From Monocercomonoides exilis PA203 (taxonomy: Eukaryota > Protista > Preaxostyla), in the NCBI GenBank assembly GCA_001643675.2, contig LSRY02000051.1, positions 310,001 through 374,000 on the forward strand: DNA of 64,000 nucleotides, given 5' to 3'. Below, in pieces: positions 44,625 to 58,974 of the stretch; position 1 is the stretch's first letter; every line of letters starts with the position of its first letter. The position numbers and the translations under genes are program-made. The notes under the pieces were generated by a model, which was given only the letters and a program-made list of their open reading frames with translations, was not told where the DNA came from and did not search any database.

Positions 44625-47600
44625 TTATTTATTCACTTCCGTGATCGACTTGTATTGTTTTCGCTTCCTGTTTCTCACCACATAAATGGCAATCACAACA
44701 GTAACTGCAATGGCGATTAAAAACACACTCACAGACACAATAATTGCTGCCAATTGTCCTGTTGTCAATTTCTTTGGTTCTTCTTTCTTTTGCTTGGCCA
44801 AAGAAATGAAATCTGTGCTCTTTTTTTCTCCTTCTGATATTCCGCTCGGATATCTCACCCGGCAAACCAACGACGTGTATTCGTCACCATTCAACAGAGA
44901 TTGAGGAATCATCACTCTCATTTCTGTCTCGTTCACATACTCAGAAACGGGACATTCAATCCACTCCTTCGTTTCCCCAACTCTTTTCTTCTATGCTTCA
45001 ACTGTAAGTTTACATGGAAACAGATAAGATCCGCGAATCACAGCTTGCGTTCCTTCATCTGATTCTATTATTTGACCTTTTCCTTTCTCTGCCATCCCCT
45101 TAGCCTTTATAATCATCGTTGCATTTGTCAAAATTGGGGTAAAGAAATATGAGTCCATGCCTTGAGCTGCATGCCCACCAACTCCTCCTTCCACAAGCAT
45201 CCCGAACGGCCTTTCTTCTAATCCGTCGCTTCCACTCGCCAAGCTATTGATGAAAAGTGGCTTCTCTTCCTGCTCGTTCTGAAATCGAATGTTGTTCCGC
45301 AGTGAATGAAACTTCTCCCAATCCTTTCCGATTGGATGATTGTTCTCAAAGCTGCAGTTGTTCAATGTCAGACGAGAATACGTAGAATAAATCGCTCCGT
45401 CGCTGATGCCCACAAATGAGCTGTCGTTGATTGAAATGTGAAAAGCTTCGTACAGATAAAGCAATCCACAATCCCACAAACATGAAGGATTTTCCTCTTC
45501 TCTGGCTTCATTCATCTCATCCCTGCTTGCAAATGGCTCCTCCAATCTCAAAACACTCCTCTCCTCCTCTCCTTCTTTCGCATTTTCACATTCGTTGTGC
45601 TGTTTGCTACTTGTAATGTTTCCGTTTCTCCCGTAAATAACCAACTGCTTGAACGTTTCCGTCGTTTTTCTGAGCACTATTAATTTGTAAGGAAGCGCTC
45701 TTCCTTCTCCACCTTTCACATTTTCCCCTTTCAAGCATGTGTACCATGGCCTGAATACAACATCGGTTATCTCCAAGTCGTATTCAGCGTTAATAATGTC
45801 TAATGCATCTCCTTCAACAGCATCTGGATATTCGATGTCAATGTGCTCAAATATAATGTAATAATTGCTCATCTCAAACACAGCTACTTCTCTGTCCGCT
45901 TTCATATTCGAGCCTATCCGAAGAATGCCCCGATTCTTCTCTGCACCTGAGAACATCTTCGAAGCTGTAACGGATCCCTGTTCCCACTCAGATGAAGGTT
46001 CTGATGAAGCCTCAGATGCAGAAGTTAGTGTGACGAACTCGTCAATTAAAAACGGCTTGTCCACAAAGACTCTTCCAATAATATACATCGATACTTCTCC
46101 AATTTGTATTCCATGTTCGATGGCTGTGCTGATCAGATCTCAAGGCTTTTCTTTTCTTCCACAAATCTTGTCGTCGCTGGCCTTCGCTCCTCCAACATAA
46201 ATGTTCTGCGAATGGTATGGCAGTCTGTTTGCTTCATCGCCCAGAAGATCAACAATATTCACTTCTTCGCCTTTCCTTTCTTCCAAAAGCATCAAATTTG
46301 TCTCACCATAAATCTCTTCCATCTCAAATTCAAACAATTCTTCGTTAATCTGCTTCCTTCCATTCGGAAACGAAAGATACACATACTTCCCTTTGTCAGC
46401 TTGGCATTCAGCAAATCTCATTCCATTCAATCTCAAATTTATTGTTTCTGTAACTTCGTCAGCCACTCTAATAAACAGCGCTCCTCCTTTCGACTCTTCG
46501 TTCTGCATTGAATTCCGTTCGCTCACAGCTGTTTGTACGCTTTTGCACGAGCAATTATTGAATTCAGCATCGTAAAAACTGTAATAATTATAGCTCCCGA
46601 TTTCCAAATACAGCACTCCTCCAAGCTTATGTTCTTTTGACTGGCAATTAGAAAAATTCCCATTCGAAAAGCTCAGCTGCTCGCACTCCACCAAAACAGT
46701 TACGATAGACTGTGCTGTGCATGTTGTGGAGATTGTGTCCATGTTCAATCCAAATAAATCAATTTCTTTCGCTGCTTCCACCAAGACGATTGCAAAAGAA
46801 GATGTGAAATGAGACATAAATACTTCGTTCATAGAAAGTTTTCCCATTTTGCATTCAATCAAGACACAGTTTAGAATTTGTTTAGGATCTGTGCACGAGA
46901 TGTTCACCCGGTAGATGACAGCATACGCCCCGTCTCCATCACACACAAACAGGCCATTGTCTCTCCCGGTTTGTCTCCTTGTATCCACTTGAACATCTGC
47001 ATTAAACAGATGAATATACGCATTTTTGCGCACATTAAACAGCCCCTCGCCTGGACGCACCTTCGCTTCGTCCAGCGCTGTTATGATGTTGACAATCATG
47101 CTTTCTCTGTTTAGGATTTTAACATTCCGTTCTTCAATCACCATTGGTTCAGCATCGTATTTGTTGCTGTCTTCTGTTGTATATATTGCAAATTCTCTGC
47201 CCGGAAGACAGTTCAAAAGAGCCTGCTTCATCGTCTTGCAGGATCTTTTCCCACTTCTGCCGCATTCTGCGCTGTCTTCTCCTTTTTCTCCATCGACATC
47301 GATAACCACCGTGTCAAAGCGAAGCCAGTCGTCATGGAAAACTATTGTTCCATCTTTCTTTATCGCTCCAACTCGATGGTCTTTCGTCACGCTGAAGGAA
47401 TCTGCGTCAAAAGGCGATCGGCTCATTTCAATGTCTCCTTCACTGCACAGCGCAAGATCATTTCCGCACTGCCCTGCTGAATTGTCTCTGAAGAAACAGT
47501 TTTTGAACAAAATTTCGTCGATCAGCCTTGCCTCTTCTCCCAAATGTATTGCCATCCCTCCGCCTGTCTTCGCCTCGCATCCCCGAAATGTTCCGTTTCT

Positions 47601-48734
47601 GCATTCAAATTTTGCCATCTGCATCAGGTCATTTATCAGCAGCCCTCCTCCATCGGCAGCTGCCTCACAGCTGCAAAACTCCACATTTTCCAGCTTCACT
47701 TTCCCTTTCATTGCTCCAAGCATCACTCCTCCCCCGCGAACTGCCTTTCCATAATCAAATGAAGTATCAAGAATGTTCAATTCGCTCTCTGGGCGCATCA
47801 TCTCAAAATAAATGCTACCTCCATTTTCTGATTTCAGTGATCGTATCGAAGATATTTTGCATTTAGATATAGTGATCTTCACTTTTTTATCTGCTCCACT
47901 TTTTGCTTCGAGCAGCGCTGGCCCTGCATTTGCCCTCTCAACAGAGCTTAAGAGGCCTCCTTCCAGTGTGAACGAAGACGGAAGTTCCAGTGCGCATTCT
48001 TTTTCAAGCTTTGCTTTGTCTATTTGAAAGTTCTTCAATTTTTGTGCCACAACTCCCTCAAAAATGTGTAGTGTGGCCACACTTGAAAGATAGCTATATC
48101 CGAAATTACCCAAATAAAAACCCTCGATCGATAATTTACCTTCAGTTATTCTCAATATCGAAAATGGAGCATATTCATCTGTTCACTTTTTAATTAATAT
48201 GTTGCAATCCATTATTGTCAAATCTCCGTCAACGCCTCTAGAAAGAATAATTGCAGATGCTTCTTTTGCTTCCTTTGATAGCTCCTCAGTTTTAAAGGGA
48301 ATAAGATTAAATGTCAAATGTTTCAATGCCAATGTTTTCTCATTCACCATGTGGAACTTCCCTTTCGCAACAATGCCATCCAATTCAAAATCGAGTGTTT
48401 TGCCCGCGCCCTGCTTCGATGCTGCTGCTATCACAAGGCTGAAATCTTTCAAAAACTGAAAACCGTATGGAATTTCAGCGGAATCAACAATCTTGACGGA
48501 CTTATCTCCAGGACCTTCCCCAAGCAGCTCAATTCCTTTTGCAATTGTTTTGAACGGATCCGCTTCACTTCCACAGTTCTGCTTCGAATCGTCTTCTTTT
48601 TCAGAAATAAAAACGGCATCAACAGCTGCCTCGGGACATCCATCGGAAAATGCATTTGACCGATTTTTGTTATCGCTTTGAAGAGCGGGACAGCTGGCAA
48701 AAAAATAGTTCACCAGAAACAAAATCAAAAACAT
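44625..48734 (-). pseudogene. Cys-rich beta-helix type I membrane protein (same superfamily, no kinase tail); 1,370 codons in one frame with three internal stops
   Basis: Signal peptide MFLILFLVNYFFASC, CG-x5-6-C and GGA/GGG motifs, and TM LAAIIVSVSVFLIAIAVTVVIAIYVV followed by RNRKRK. The four ORF pieces share one frame, with stops at 48183 (TGA), 46140 (TGA) and 44991 (TAG). Confidence 0.82.
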
Positions 48735-51610
48735 TTTTATAAAAAGACAATTGGTTGTTGATCAATAAAAAGTCAATAATAATCAAAAGTGTTCTTGTGC
48801 AAAACAATTTTTTGAAACGCTTCGTCTCGGAAAAACTGCGCCATGCTCCAGATATTTTTTTCTTCCTGGGGTTGCAGTTTCCTCATTCCAGAATGCATTT
48901 CAGAAAGAAAAAACAACATATTTTCTGCTGTTTGAGTAAGAAGAGAGAGAAATATATTTTTATGTTACTTATAATATTTCTTTATTTTCCCGGAAATAAT
49001 TTTTCCTTCAACTTTTTGTATGTTTCAGAAAAAAAAATTACAACAAATCATTCAATCAATTCAAATGAATAGAAACAGTTGCTTCAAAACAAAAATTGCA
49101 ACAAAAAGAAAATATCATAAGAAATTTTTGTATTTGATTTTTTTATGTTTCATGAAGATGAAGTTTAGAAAAATAGAAAATATGAAAACTGACATGATGA
49201 TGCTTGCTTGGTGAATAGAGACATCTAATTCTATGGATTAGCAAGCATCACTTGCCAAACAATTTGTTGTTCATTCATTCCAATCTTTTCCAGTTATTAT
49301 TCATTTCAATTGTTTGGAAAAGCAAAATTTGATAATTTTGAAGCAGAGCGTTTTCATTTTCATGAATAAATCCACTTTTTCATTTTCTTCCCACATAGAT
49401 TCATCTCATTCGGATTATTTGGCCATCATTTTCTCTTCGTCATTGATTCTGCCTTAACACAAGATTTTTTAACTTTTCTCTTCCACAAATCATGAATCAA
49501 AATTAAAACCCCTGAATTTACACGTTCCACTGCTCTCCTCCTCCCTTTTTCCTGATCTCACAACTCCTCCAAATTTTTTATGTATCTCTCTAGCTCAGTG
49601 AAATCAACATCATCCAAACCTTTTGTGTTAATGGTGCTGGTTAAACAGTCAAATAACAAGCCTGAAGATCAACACGCAGAGTAGGATATTTGATACAGTT
49701 GAAAACAGAGCATACTTCGCACCAGAAGTTTATAAACTCAAATACTCATTTGGCAACATGCCCATGGCTCCAGTAGAAGGTGAATAGAACAAAACAGATT
49801 CAGAACAAATGGAGGGACTGTCAGCATCGAAAAGCAGAGAGTGCAACAAATTAAACCCATTTGTGGATATTTACAGTATCAAGAAAAGATTAATCACCAA
49901 AAACACAAACAAACTTAGAGAACAACAGAAGGCGAAGTGAGAAAAATGACAATTCATTTTCCTGTAATGAAGAGTGCAGCAATTGAGGCAACAGTACTTA
50001 AACAACTGAATTACAGTTGTGAGTGAACATTTCATCACACCTGATCAGCAGTATATACAAACAAAGATGGCATTTCCAAAAGTTGAGAAGATGAGCTGTT
50101 AATGAGGAAGGTTTAATGAAAACAACAGAAACAGAAATGGAAGAAGGCGAAGAAGAGGAAAAGAAAAAAACGAATTTGAAGAAGAATTTGAATAATAAGA
50201 ATCAAATGCTGAATGATCAGAGTTTAATACAATGACTGCTTTCACAAAAAAAAAATTCTTGTTGCAGCAGTGCAGAAGAAAGAACGAAAGAAGAAAATGA
50301 AGAAAATGCATCTGAAAGAGAAATGGAATGAAAAGAGTTCGATGATGCTCTTTGGACGAGCTGGGCGACAAAGGTGAACAAGACTCATCTGAAGAAAATG
50401 CAGATTAAATAAATAGATTCAAATTTCATAACAGACTACAGAAAAAAGAGAAGATAGATTTATTTTGTGTTGCAATATGAGAATTTGTTGGCCATTCAAA
50501 CAACAAATTCTCAAATAACAAGAGGATGTTCTTTTCATCAACCATGTAAAAATATCATCAATGAAGAGATCGAAGGAGAAGGAAAAGGAGAAGAAAATGT
50601 GTTTTCTTCAAAAATACAACTTTAAATGGATTGTTCCTGAAAATGATGCACAACATGAAAAAAAAGCTGTTCATTGGAATGGAAATAAAAAATGTATGAA
50701 ATTAAAATAATTAGTTTTGCATTTATTTTGAAAATTCCTCAAAAGAACACACTTGTCCTTTCTATCGCAAATGCAGAGGATTGTCAATCACAGATGCTGC
50801 CATTCTTCATTTTCATAGTTTCGCAGTGCTTCTTTCTCCATCATCCTTTTATCCCTCATAAACATTCTGCTTTTGATGTTATCATCCACTTTTTTTTCTG
50901 AAAAAAATATCTCCGAATTTTATTCTTTCCAATAACTGTCCAATTGTTGTCATTCCTTTTCATTCTCAACCAAATGCTTTGAAATAGAATTAATTGCCAT
51001 CCCCTGTTTTAATTGAATACAAAAAAATATTCAATTCCCATCCTGTGATTGTATCTTGGCATCTAGCTCTCTTCTGATGTTCCCCTCAGAAAAACAAAGG
51101 AATGGCCGTTTTTGTATTTTTTCAGATTCTTGGACTCTGATAAGATGATATATAAAAGAATCTTCTAAACAAACAGGAAGAATTAAAAATGCATACATGC
51201 AAATATTTTGATTTTTTAAAAAAAAGTTGAATTTCCTTCAATGATGCTTTTCATAAAAATCATCTCCCCCAATTCCATCATCAATTCCCCGCTGTCGCTG
51301 TCTCGTGCAGCCTCTCAAAATAATATCGCCCATTCCGCAGAAAATATTTGTTCACTGTCTCTCATTTAAGCAAGGAATATTTTTGTTCTTTCAAATCATA
51401 TGATCTGAATGTCCATTACTGAAAACACGAAAATAGTTTAATCGCTTTTTCTGTCTTTCTTTGTGACAACTTACCAAATAACGCTAACAACGCAGAATGG
51501 TATAACAACTTATGCTTTCATGGTTGCTTTGAGTTTTTGTTTTGCGCCGATTTCTTCTTTCCAATGATATCTGAATTTAAATCAAATGACGAATTTTCGT
51601 TGTTTTCTGG

Positions 51611-53035
51611 ATGCAATATGCTTTCAAAAAAATACAGTCAACGAGTATAACCGAAAGGTTTAATGGTTTGTGCTCATTATTGCAATTTAATTTATTTTTT
51701 ATTTATTTGCAGAATTGTTTTCTGAGTTTGAAGATTGCAATGAAGATGAACAGAAACAGAAAATCCCTGAGATAAATGAAATAGTTGATGGAATGAATAT
51801 GGAAGAATTTGAATCAGTTTTCACAAAAGATTTGTACGACAAAATGAACAAAATGATTGAGGAAAAGAAAATATCGATAGAAAATACAATTTTGCTGCTG
51901 AAGCATGTTGGATATAGCAGAAAGTTGAAAAATGTAATCAACCTATACTTTGATGAGTCTTCACTGAGCAGAAGATTCGAACAGATGATTATTGAAGAAG
52001 AAAAGAAAAAAGAAAGAAAGATCGAAAAGCTTCTGGCTGATCTTTGTGAATGCTATCTTTTGTTGAACAAGTGGGGTTCTTCGAAGTTGTTTTCAATTTG
52101 TGTGCCCTGCCTGTTGAAAGCTGCGTTGCACAAAGAGGGAAAAAAGGAGACCCAAAAAGAAGTGGAAATAGCTTTGCTGGCTTTGAGTTGCATTTACGAA
52201 TTATTTGTTTGAACATTTCTTTTTCATTTTTGATGAAATTTATTTTTTCCTCCTTATTTTTCATTAGAAAATGGAACAAGAACTTTTCTTGGATAAGATT
52301 ACAGAAATCATAAAATATCACCAGGAACATCACAACCTCACTCCACTTGCTCATCAGTGTGCTTGGAAATTTTTGATTGATCGATTACACAAAAACAAAA
52401 GCTTGGAAGAAGTTATTGTGAATGAGCTGCATTTTTCGAGAGAGGCAGCAAGAGAACTGGAAGAGCTGACAAGAAATGTGAATTGGAAGAAGAAAGAAGG
52501 AGAGGAAATGAACAAAGAAGAAGCAAATGAAGTGCTGGTAATTAGGAGATGGATTAAAACACTTGAGATTTATTTTCTCTATTGTCGGTTGCATAATGAA
52601 GAATTTACAGAACTTTTTGGTTTTATTGTTCAGATATATGGAGCAGCGAAGGATAATCACAGCGTTATTAGCAATCAATGCATTTATTCCTTGAGAAATG
52701 CAGCAGAAAATAGAGTTGTGAAAGTTGAAGACTTATTGAAAGGAGGAGCTGTTGATGCTGTTTTGGAGGAGATCCAGAGACAAACATTGGATGAAGTCAT
52801 TGTATATAAATGCTTACAATTCTTTAAGAATGTTTCGGAAAGATTGAAAGAAGAGGATGAAGATGAAAAGAAAAAAGTGAAAAGAAAATCATCAAAAATG
52901 GAAATATTCGAAAAGCTGGAAGAAGAAGGATACGAAGATACCATCACCAGCTTTAATGAAACATTAAATATTTGTAACATACGACATTATCGTGCACTAT
53001 CGTTGAAATTTTCTGATTATCTTGTGAATATTTGA
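51611..53035 (+). CDS. Uncharacterised Glu/Lys-rich helical multicopy-family protein, about 438 aa; exons 51611-51665, 51713-52206, 52268-53035
   Basis: Two GT-AG introns join the ORFs in frame; clear paralog at 55912-57360. The start codon is uncertain. Confidence 0.72.
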
Positions 53036-53179
53036 GGAAATGAGATGCTTAGAATTTCATGACTCACAATTTCACTTTCTCTTTTTTCATTCATTTCACA
53101 AAACGGAACAAAATTATATTTTCATATGTTAAAGTGATTTATTATCCAGATTCATCAAAATAAAGTGAAGAAATAAAAA

Positions 53180-53217
<38 letters not shown>

Positions 53218-53724
53218 GAAAATTCAATTTTTTTTTTCCAAATTAAAATATTAAATATCATGAATTTCTCCATTTTCTTCTTTCTTTCACCAAAGTTCTT
53301 CACAAAATGAGTTGACAAACATTTTTTATTTCAAATTCTTCATTCTTTCTTTTGATTGTTTTTCTCAAAAAAACCTCTTTTCAGCTCATTGGCAAAAAGA
53401 AAATTGTGTTCTCTCAATACTTCCTTTGCTTTCAAGGAATATCAGAAACCCTCAGTGAATGTTGAAAATACAACAAAAACAGTAAACAACGATGCTGATG
53501 CTGATTCAAGTGAAGAGAAACATTCAACCCAAACGCTTTCCTCTGCCTGTTTCCTCATTCTTCATCATTTCCATTTCCAAAAGTTAAAACAATTCGTTTA
53601 CTGCATCTGAAGGAAATAAAAACATTTTTTTAAAAAATAGGAGAAAAAAACATCAAAATTGAATTGTTCATTTGAGATGATGGACTTTTTGCGAAGAATT
53701 TGAAATAAGAAATGCTTCTTTAAT

Positions 53725-54410
53725 CAGAAGAAGAAAAAGAAGAAAACAAAAATGCTGGATATAAAGTTGAGAATTTTGAATAAGAAGAAGATAAAAACGA
53801 AGATGAAGAAGAAGAGGAAGAGGAAGAGGAAGAGGAAGAGGAAGAGGAAGAGGAAGAGGAAGAGGAAGAGGAAGAGGAAGAAAAAGGAGAAGAAGAAGAG
53901 GAAGAGGAAGAAGAAGAATAAGAGGAAGAAGAAGAGGAAGAAAAAGAAGAAGAAGGAGAAGGAGAAGAAGAAGAAGAAGAAAAGGAAGAAGAAAAGGAAG
54001 AGGAGGAAGAGGAGGAAGAAGAGGAAGAGGAAGAAGAAAAAGAAAAAGAAGAATTATAGCGATTATTTTGTTTAGGTGGTTTGATCATTATTCGATACAT
54101 TTTTCTTGTTGTTGGTTGTTGTTGAGAGGAGGAAGAGGAAGAAGAAGAAGAAGAAGAGGGAGAAAGAGAAGAAGAGGGAGAGGAAGAAGAAGAGGATGAA
54201 GAAGAAGAAATTTGTGAAATGTTTTTGTTTTGAGAAGGAGAACGAGGTGAAGAAAAAGGAGAAGAAGAAGAGGAAGAAGAGGAAGAAGAGGAAGAAGAAG
54301 AAGAAGAAGAGGAAGAGGAAGAGGAAGAGGAAGAGGAAGAGGAAGAGGAAGAGGAAGAGGAAGAGGAAGAGGAAGAAGGTGAAGAAGATGAAGTTAATGA
54401 AGATAATGAT
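53725..54410. repeat. (GAAGAG)n/(GAA)n purine-rich low-complexity tract, probably a decayed Glu-rich coding region
   Basis: Long hexamer arrays at about 53800-53880 and 54300-54375. The Glu frame on + contains stops. Confidence 0.85.
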
Positions 54411-55911
54411 TTGATAATTGAAGCAAACAAAATGGAACATCTGAAGAAGAAAGGAATGTTCATGTTTCTGTATTTGAATAACATGAATCTTCGGCCTATT
54501 TGATTATAGTGAATCAAATGTCAAAGAGATTGCGGATGAGGAAGATAAACCCTGATGAAAACGAGGAGAATGAGTTGGCTGTGCTTCAACAGCGAAGAGG
54601 AGGAAGATGAATGGAAAGGTTGGCATTCATTCATCGATGCTCACGATGCAGATGACAATGCCTCTGAAATGCATTCTATGATACTCAACGCACAAAATTC
54701 AATGAGCCATGCACAAACATAAAAGCTCAGTGAAACAACAACTTTGTTGAAAAACAAATGAAGAAAACAAAAGCCATCATATTCTCTTTCATTGGCTGTG
54801 GCATCGAAGAAAGCAAACTTCAAATGATAATTGACGTTTTCGCTTTAAATGGTTATCCCTCGAAGAATGAAATCCAAATGCAGCTGGTCCTAATGCAGTT
54901 CGATTGCTAACAAATATTCAACAATTATATGCCTCGTAGTTGTGTTTCTCCACTCTTTTGAAGCAAAAGCGGAATCAGAAATAGTATTTCGTTACTTTCC
55001 ATGTCTGCCGGGCACAGTCCGAGAAATAGGAAAACATTATAAATAAAATTGACATTTTGGGGTTCTCCTTTTTATCGTTGATTTATTGCCTTTTTTTTGT
55101 GATTAATATCCTTCCTTTGTATTGCCAGCCACTTTCCTCGACAAAAAAATACCACAAACTGCTCCATCTGCCTTATGTTCCAATATACTATATAATTTTG
55201 AATGTTCCCACTTTTTCATTGAAATCCATCCTCATATCTTCATTCTCTAATATTCTCAGTGAATTTGTTTTCAACTCTTGCACCTAATAAAAAATTATGA
55301 AAATCATAGTCCTTGCGTAACTTCATTTATTTCCCAATGGCCATATAATAATCAGCTCCGTTCTCATCGTATTGCTCTCCAAAGCGGGGATTGGCCATTT
55401 CAACAATAACTCACATTCCTGCACTTTGGAGAGGACACAGATAGAAATATCTTCACAATAAATAGAGTAATGAAAAATACATATATTATATCTTTTTGTG
55501 TTATTTATGAAATTGTTGTGTTTCACTTGGCCATCCAATTTCAAAAATAATTTCACAAAAATTAAATAATCAATACATCTTTATCTTTGTTTGATGTCAC
55601 ACAGGAAATAATATTTCAAATTCTGCAGGTTATGTTCACTCACGGATTTTTCATTCTGTGAATGGAATATTCCGTTCTTTCATGTTCAATGATCTTAACA
55701 ACCATAACAACAAACATAATAAAGATAAAACGTTGTTTGTATTCATAATCCTTTGTCAGAATGACGACCAAAGGAAAAACAGTATGATTTCATATATTTT
55801 TATTTCTATTTTGAATTTTAATTTTTCATCTATTTCATCTAACCAAACAAATGCGGATTCAATGTGAATGGCAAATTTTCATTGTTTTCTGAATGCAATC
55901 TATTTTCAAAA

Positions 55912-57360
55912 ATGAAGGAGACAGACAACACAAAAAAGTTCACAGGTTTGCATTCGTTGATGATTTGAATTCTTATTTATCGGTTTTCTTTCTTTCTTTA
56001 TTTGTTTAGAATTGTTTTCTGAGCTGGAAGATTGCACTGAAATTGAGCAGAAACAGAAATTTGAAGAGATGATTGGAATAGTGAGCGAGATGGACGAAGA
56101 AGAATTTGATTACGTTTTCACAAAAGAATTGTATGATGAAATGTACAAAATGATTGAAGAAAAGAAAATATCTTTGAAAGATTTGGTTTTGATGTTGAAG
56201 CATGTTGGATATTATAGAATGGTGAAACGTATCATGTGCAGTCACTTTTGCGGTTCTAAGTTAGTCAAAAGTTTTGAGAAGATGATTGTGGATGAAAATG
56301 AGAAGAAAGAAGAAAAGGATGAGAATCTTCTTGTTGAGTTTTGTGAATCTTATTTAATGCTCTATCACTACCATTCACAGAAATCGTTATTGGTTTGCGT
56401 GCCTTGCCTTCTGAAAGTTGCATTGAAGAAAGAGGAAAATGAGGAAGTTCAAAAAGAAGTGGAATTTTCGTTGAATTCTCTGAGCAATATTTGTACGAAA
56501 GCAGTATGACTATTTATTTATCTGTTGATTTCTTTGCTTCATTTTTTGATGGCTTCACGTACTTCAAAAAGGCCAATTGGAAAAAAACAGTATTTGAATG
56601 GGATCAAAGAAATCATAACACATATCCAAAAGCATAGCAACCTGACACGAATCGCGTATCAATCGGCTTGGCAGTTTTTGATCAAAAGAATGTACAAAGA
56701 CAGAAGTTTGGAAGAAGTGGTTGTGAAAGATCTGCATTTTGCACGAGAGGCAGCAAAAGAGTTGGATGAACTGGAGAAAGCATGGTTTGGAAGGAAAAAG
56801 AATTCTATCATAATGAAATTAATATTATAAGCTGGTGGCTTAATTTGTTGGATGATTATTTTTGCTGTTTGATATTTCAAAAAGAAGAATACAAAAGACT
56901 GACAACAAGTATTGCAGATATATGCAGAACAGCAAAGAAAAACTTCAGAAGGATATATGTGAAATGCTTCTCATTATATGTGAAAGAAATGTTTCAGAAA
57001 GCAGAATATGTTGATTACTCGTTGTGTGAAGAATCAATTGACTTCATTCTGGAGGAACTGCATTAGCCAACAATTGATAATGAAGTAACAACAAACAGCA
57101 AGAGTGTGTTTGAAAATCTTTCGAGAATAATGAGGAGTGAAAAGGAAAAGGTGAATGGAGTGATTTCATTTCTTTGGATTGTCCAAAGCAAGCTGAATGG
57201 AAAGGCAAAGCAAAAAATGATGTTTCAAAGAAAGATGCGCGAGAAGCTGGAAGAAGATGGATATGAAGACATTATCGTCAGCTTCTATGGACTTGCTTTG
57301 AGAAGTAATATTGATTGGGAATTGCTAAAGCATCTCAATAATTATTTCATTCTTCCTTAA
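55912..57360 (+). pseudogene. Paralog of the 51611-53035 gene with a frameshift and an internal stop
   Basis: Shares LFSELEDC, CVPCLLKVALKKEE, AYQSAWQFLI, LHFAREAA and EKLEEDGYED. Intron at 55946-56009, frameshift near 56780, TAG at 57064-57066. Confidence 0.78.
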
Positions 57361-58974
57361 GAGTCATAAATTCAGAATTGTCAAAGATGGTTTCACAATT
57401 TGCAACATCATTTATCGTTTTTTCTTTTTCACATATTTTTTCGTCTCTTCGTTTTATTTATCTTGCATATCAGTATTGTATTCCTTTTCTTCATTTATGC
57501 AAACAACCCCCCATTTTTCTTTTTTGAATTTGAATTGTTTCCTGACACCTCTTCCTTCTTCTTCATATTTATCCTCTTTTTCTGCGGAATTGTCATCTTT
57601 GTGATTGACTGATGTTTATCTTTCTTTTTTTGTGATTTCTCTTGAACTTATTTGTCATCTTATTTTCTTCATAATGGATTCTCTTCCTTATTCTTTTGGC
57701 CTTTCAATTTTTATTAAAAAAAAATTTTACCGGATCTGATATGATCGTTGCTGCAATTTCTAATGCTCTTTTTCTCCATTCGTCATCTTCAAATTGTTCT
57801 TATTTCTCAATCTCTTCCTTTATTGAAATTTCTCTGTTATTTTTTTCGTTCTGGCACACTTTTATTTGTGTGGTGTTGGATTTTTGTGTTGGGTATTTCT
57901 TTTTCTCAGGCCTGTTTTATAACTCTGACCCTTTTTTTTTATGGAGCTGGTCATGGCTTAATACAAACTTGTAGCCAACAAAAAATAGCAAGAAATGTTT
58001 GTTTGCACACATTCTATTTATTCAGAGTTTTTCTCATTAAACATTTTCTTTTTCCAATAGATTTTTGGATTTTTTTTTTCCGGAATGCAAAAAATGTTTC
58101 GAGAACTGGAGCAATGACCGCTTGATGAGGAGAGAAATAAAAGTGAAGCAGTGAATGGGATGTGTGCGAATGAGCATGTTCTGGCAGGCAACGAGAGCGA
58201 TGAACACTCAGCCACATTCTGTGCGGAGACTGGTGGCTGTTCCTCTCCAATCCGACTGTTGGGCAATCATTCAGCCATTCATGTTCAATTTCCATCTTGA
58301 TTCTTTTTCTCTTTCTATTCTTTTGGAGATGCCAGATGGTGCCACTTTTTAACCCTTCCCTTTCACAATCCACTTTCCTTCCTCCATGCTCCCTCCACCC
58401 ACACACAACCCCCCAAAACTCATTCGCTTCGCTTTGTTGGTGCAATGAAATGGTTCAACATTCAAAACAAAAACAAACAAAAACTGACAAAAACTGACAA
58501 AGGGGGTTCAAGTCAAATCAAAATCAAACAAAATCAAAAAATAAAAACAACAGAAAACCATTCAAATAAATGTGTGCTGTCTTTCTGCCTTCAAATCACA
58601 AGCGCCTCATCAGCAAAGCTGTCCTGGCTCCCAAAGTGCTCCAAATCCATACGCAATCCTGCCTCCAGCAACAGGCTCCACCCGTCCATTTCATCAACAC
58701 TCCTCCCAATCCACATGCACCAAAGCCATCCAGACAATCTTTGTTCTGCCCTTTTCCCCCTTTTCCTCCCTTTTCCTGCATCTCTTCACAAAAGAACTCG
58801 AACAAAGCATTTCTTGGACTCCCTTCGATCCATGCGCATTCGGCGGTCGATCCAGCTCAGCAGACCCTGTCCTTTGAAGGCTGGCCATTCGTATTTATCA
58901 TCGGCCACTTGATCGCACAGCTTCGCAAAAATGCTCCCACACACATTTATATATATACACTCTGCTCCATTCAA

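Noticed and set aside
49690-49790. AYFAPEVY kinase-like peptide
   Set aside because: Isolated motif surrounded by stops, with no other kinase subdomain found.
53720-54517. 265-aa poly-Ser ORF and poly-Lys/Arg ORFs
   Set aside because: Alternative readings of the GAAGAG repeat, with no evidence they are genes.
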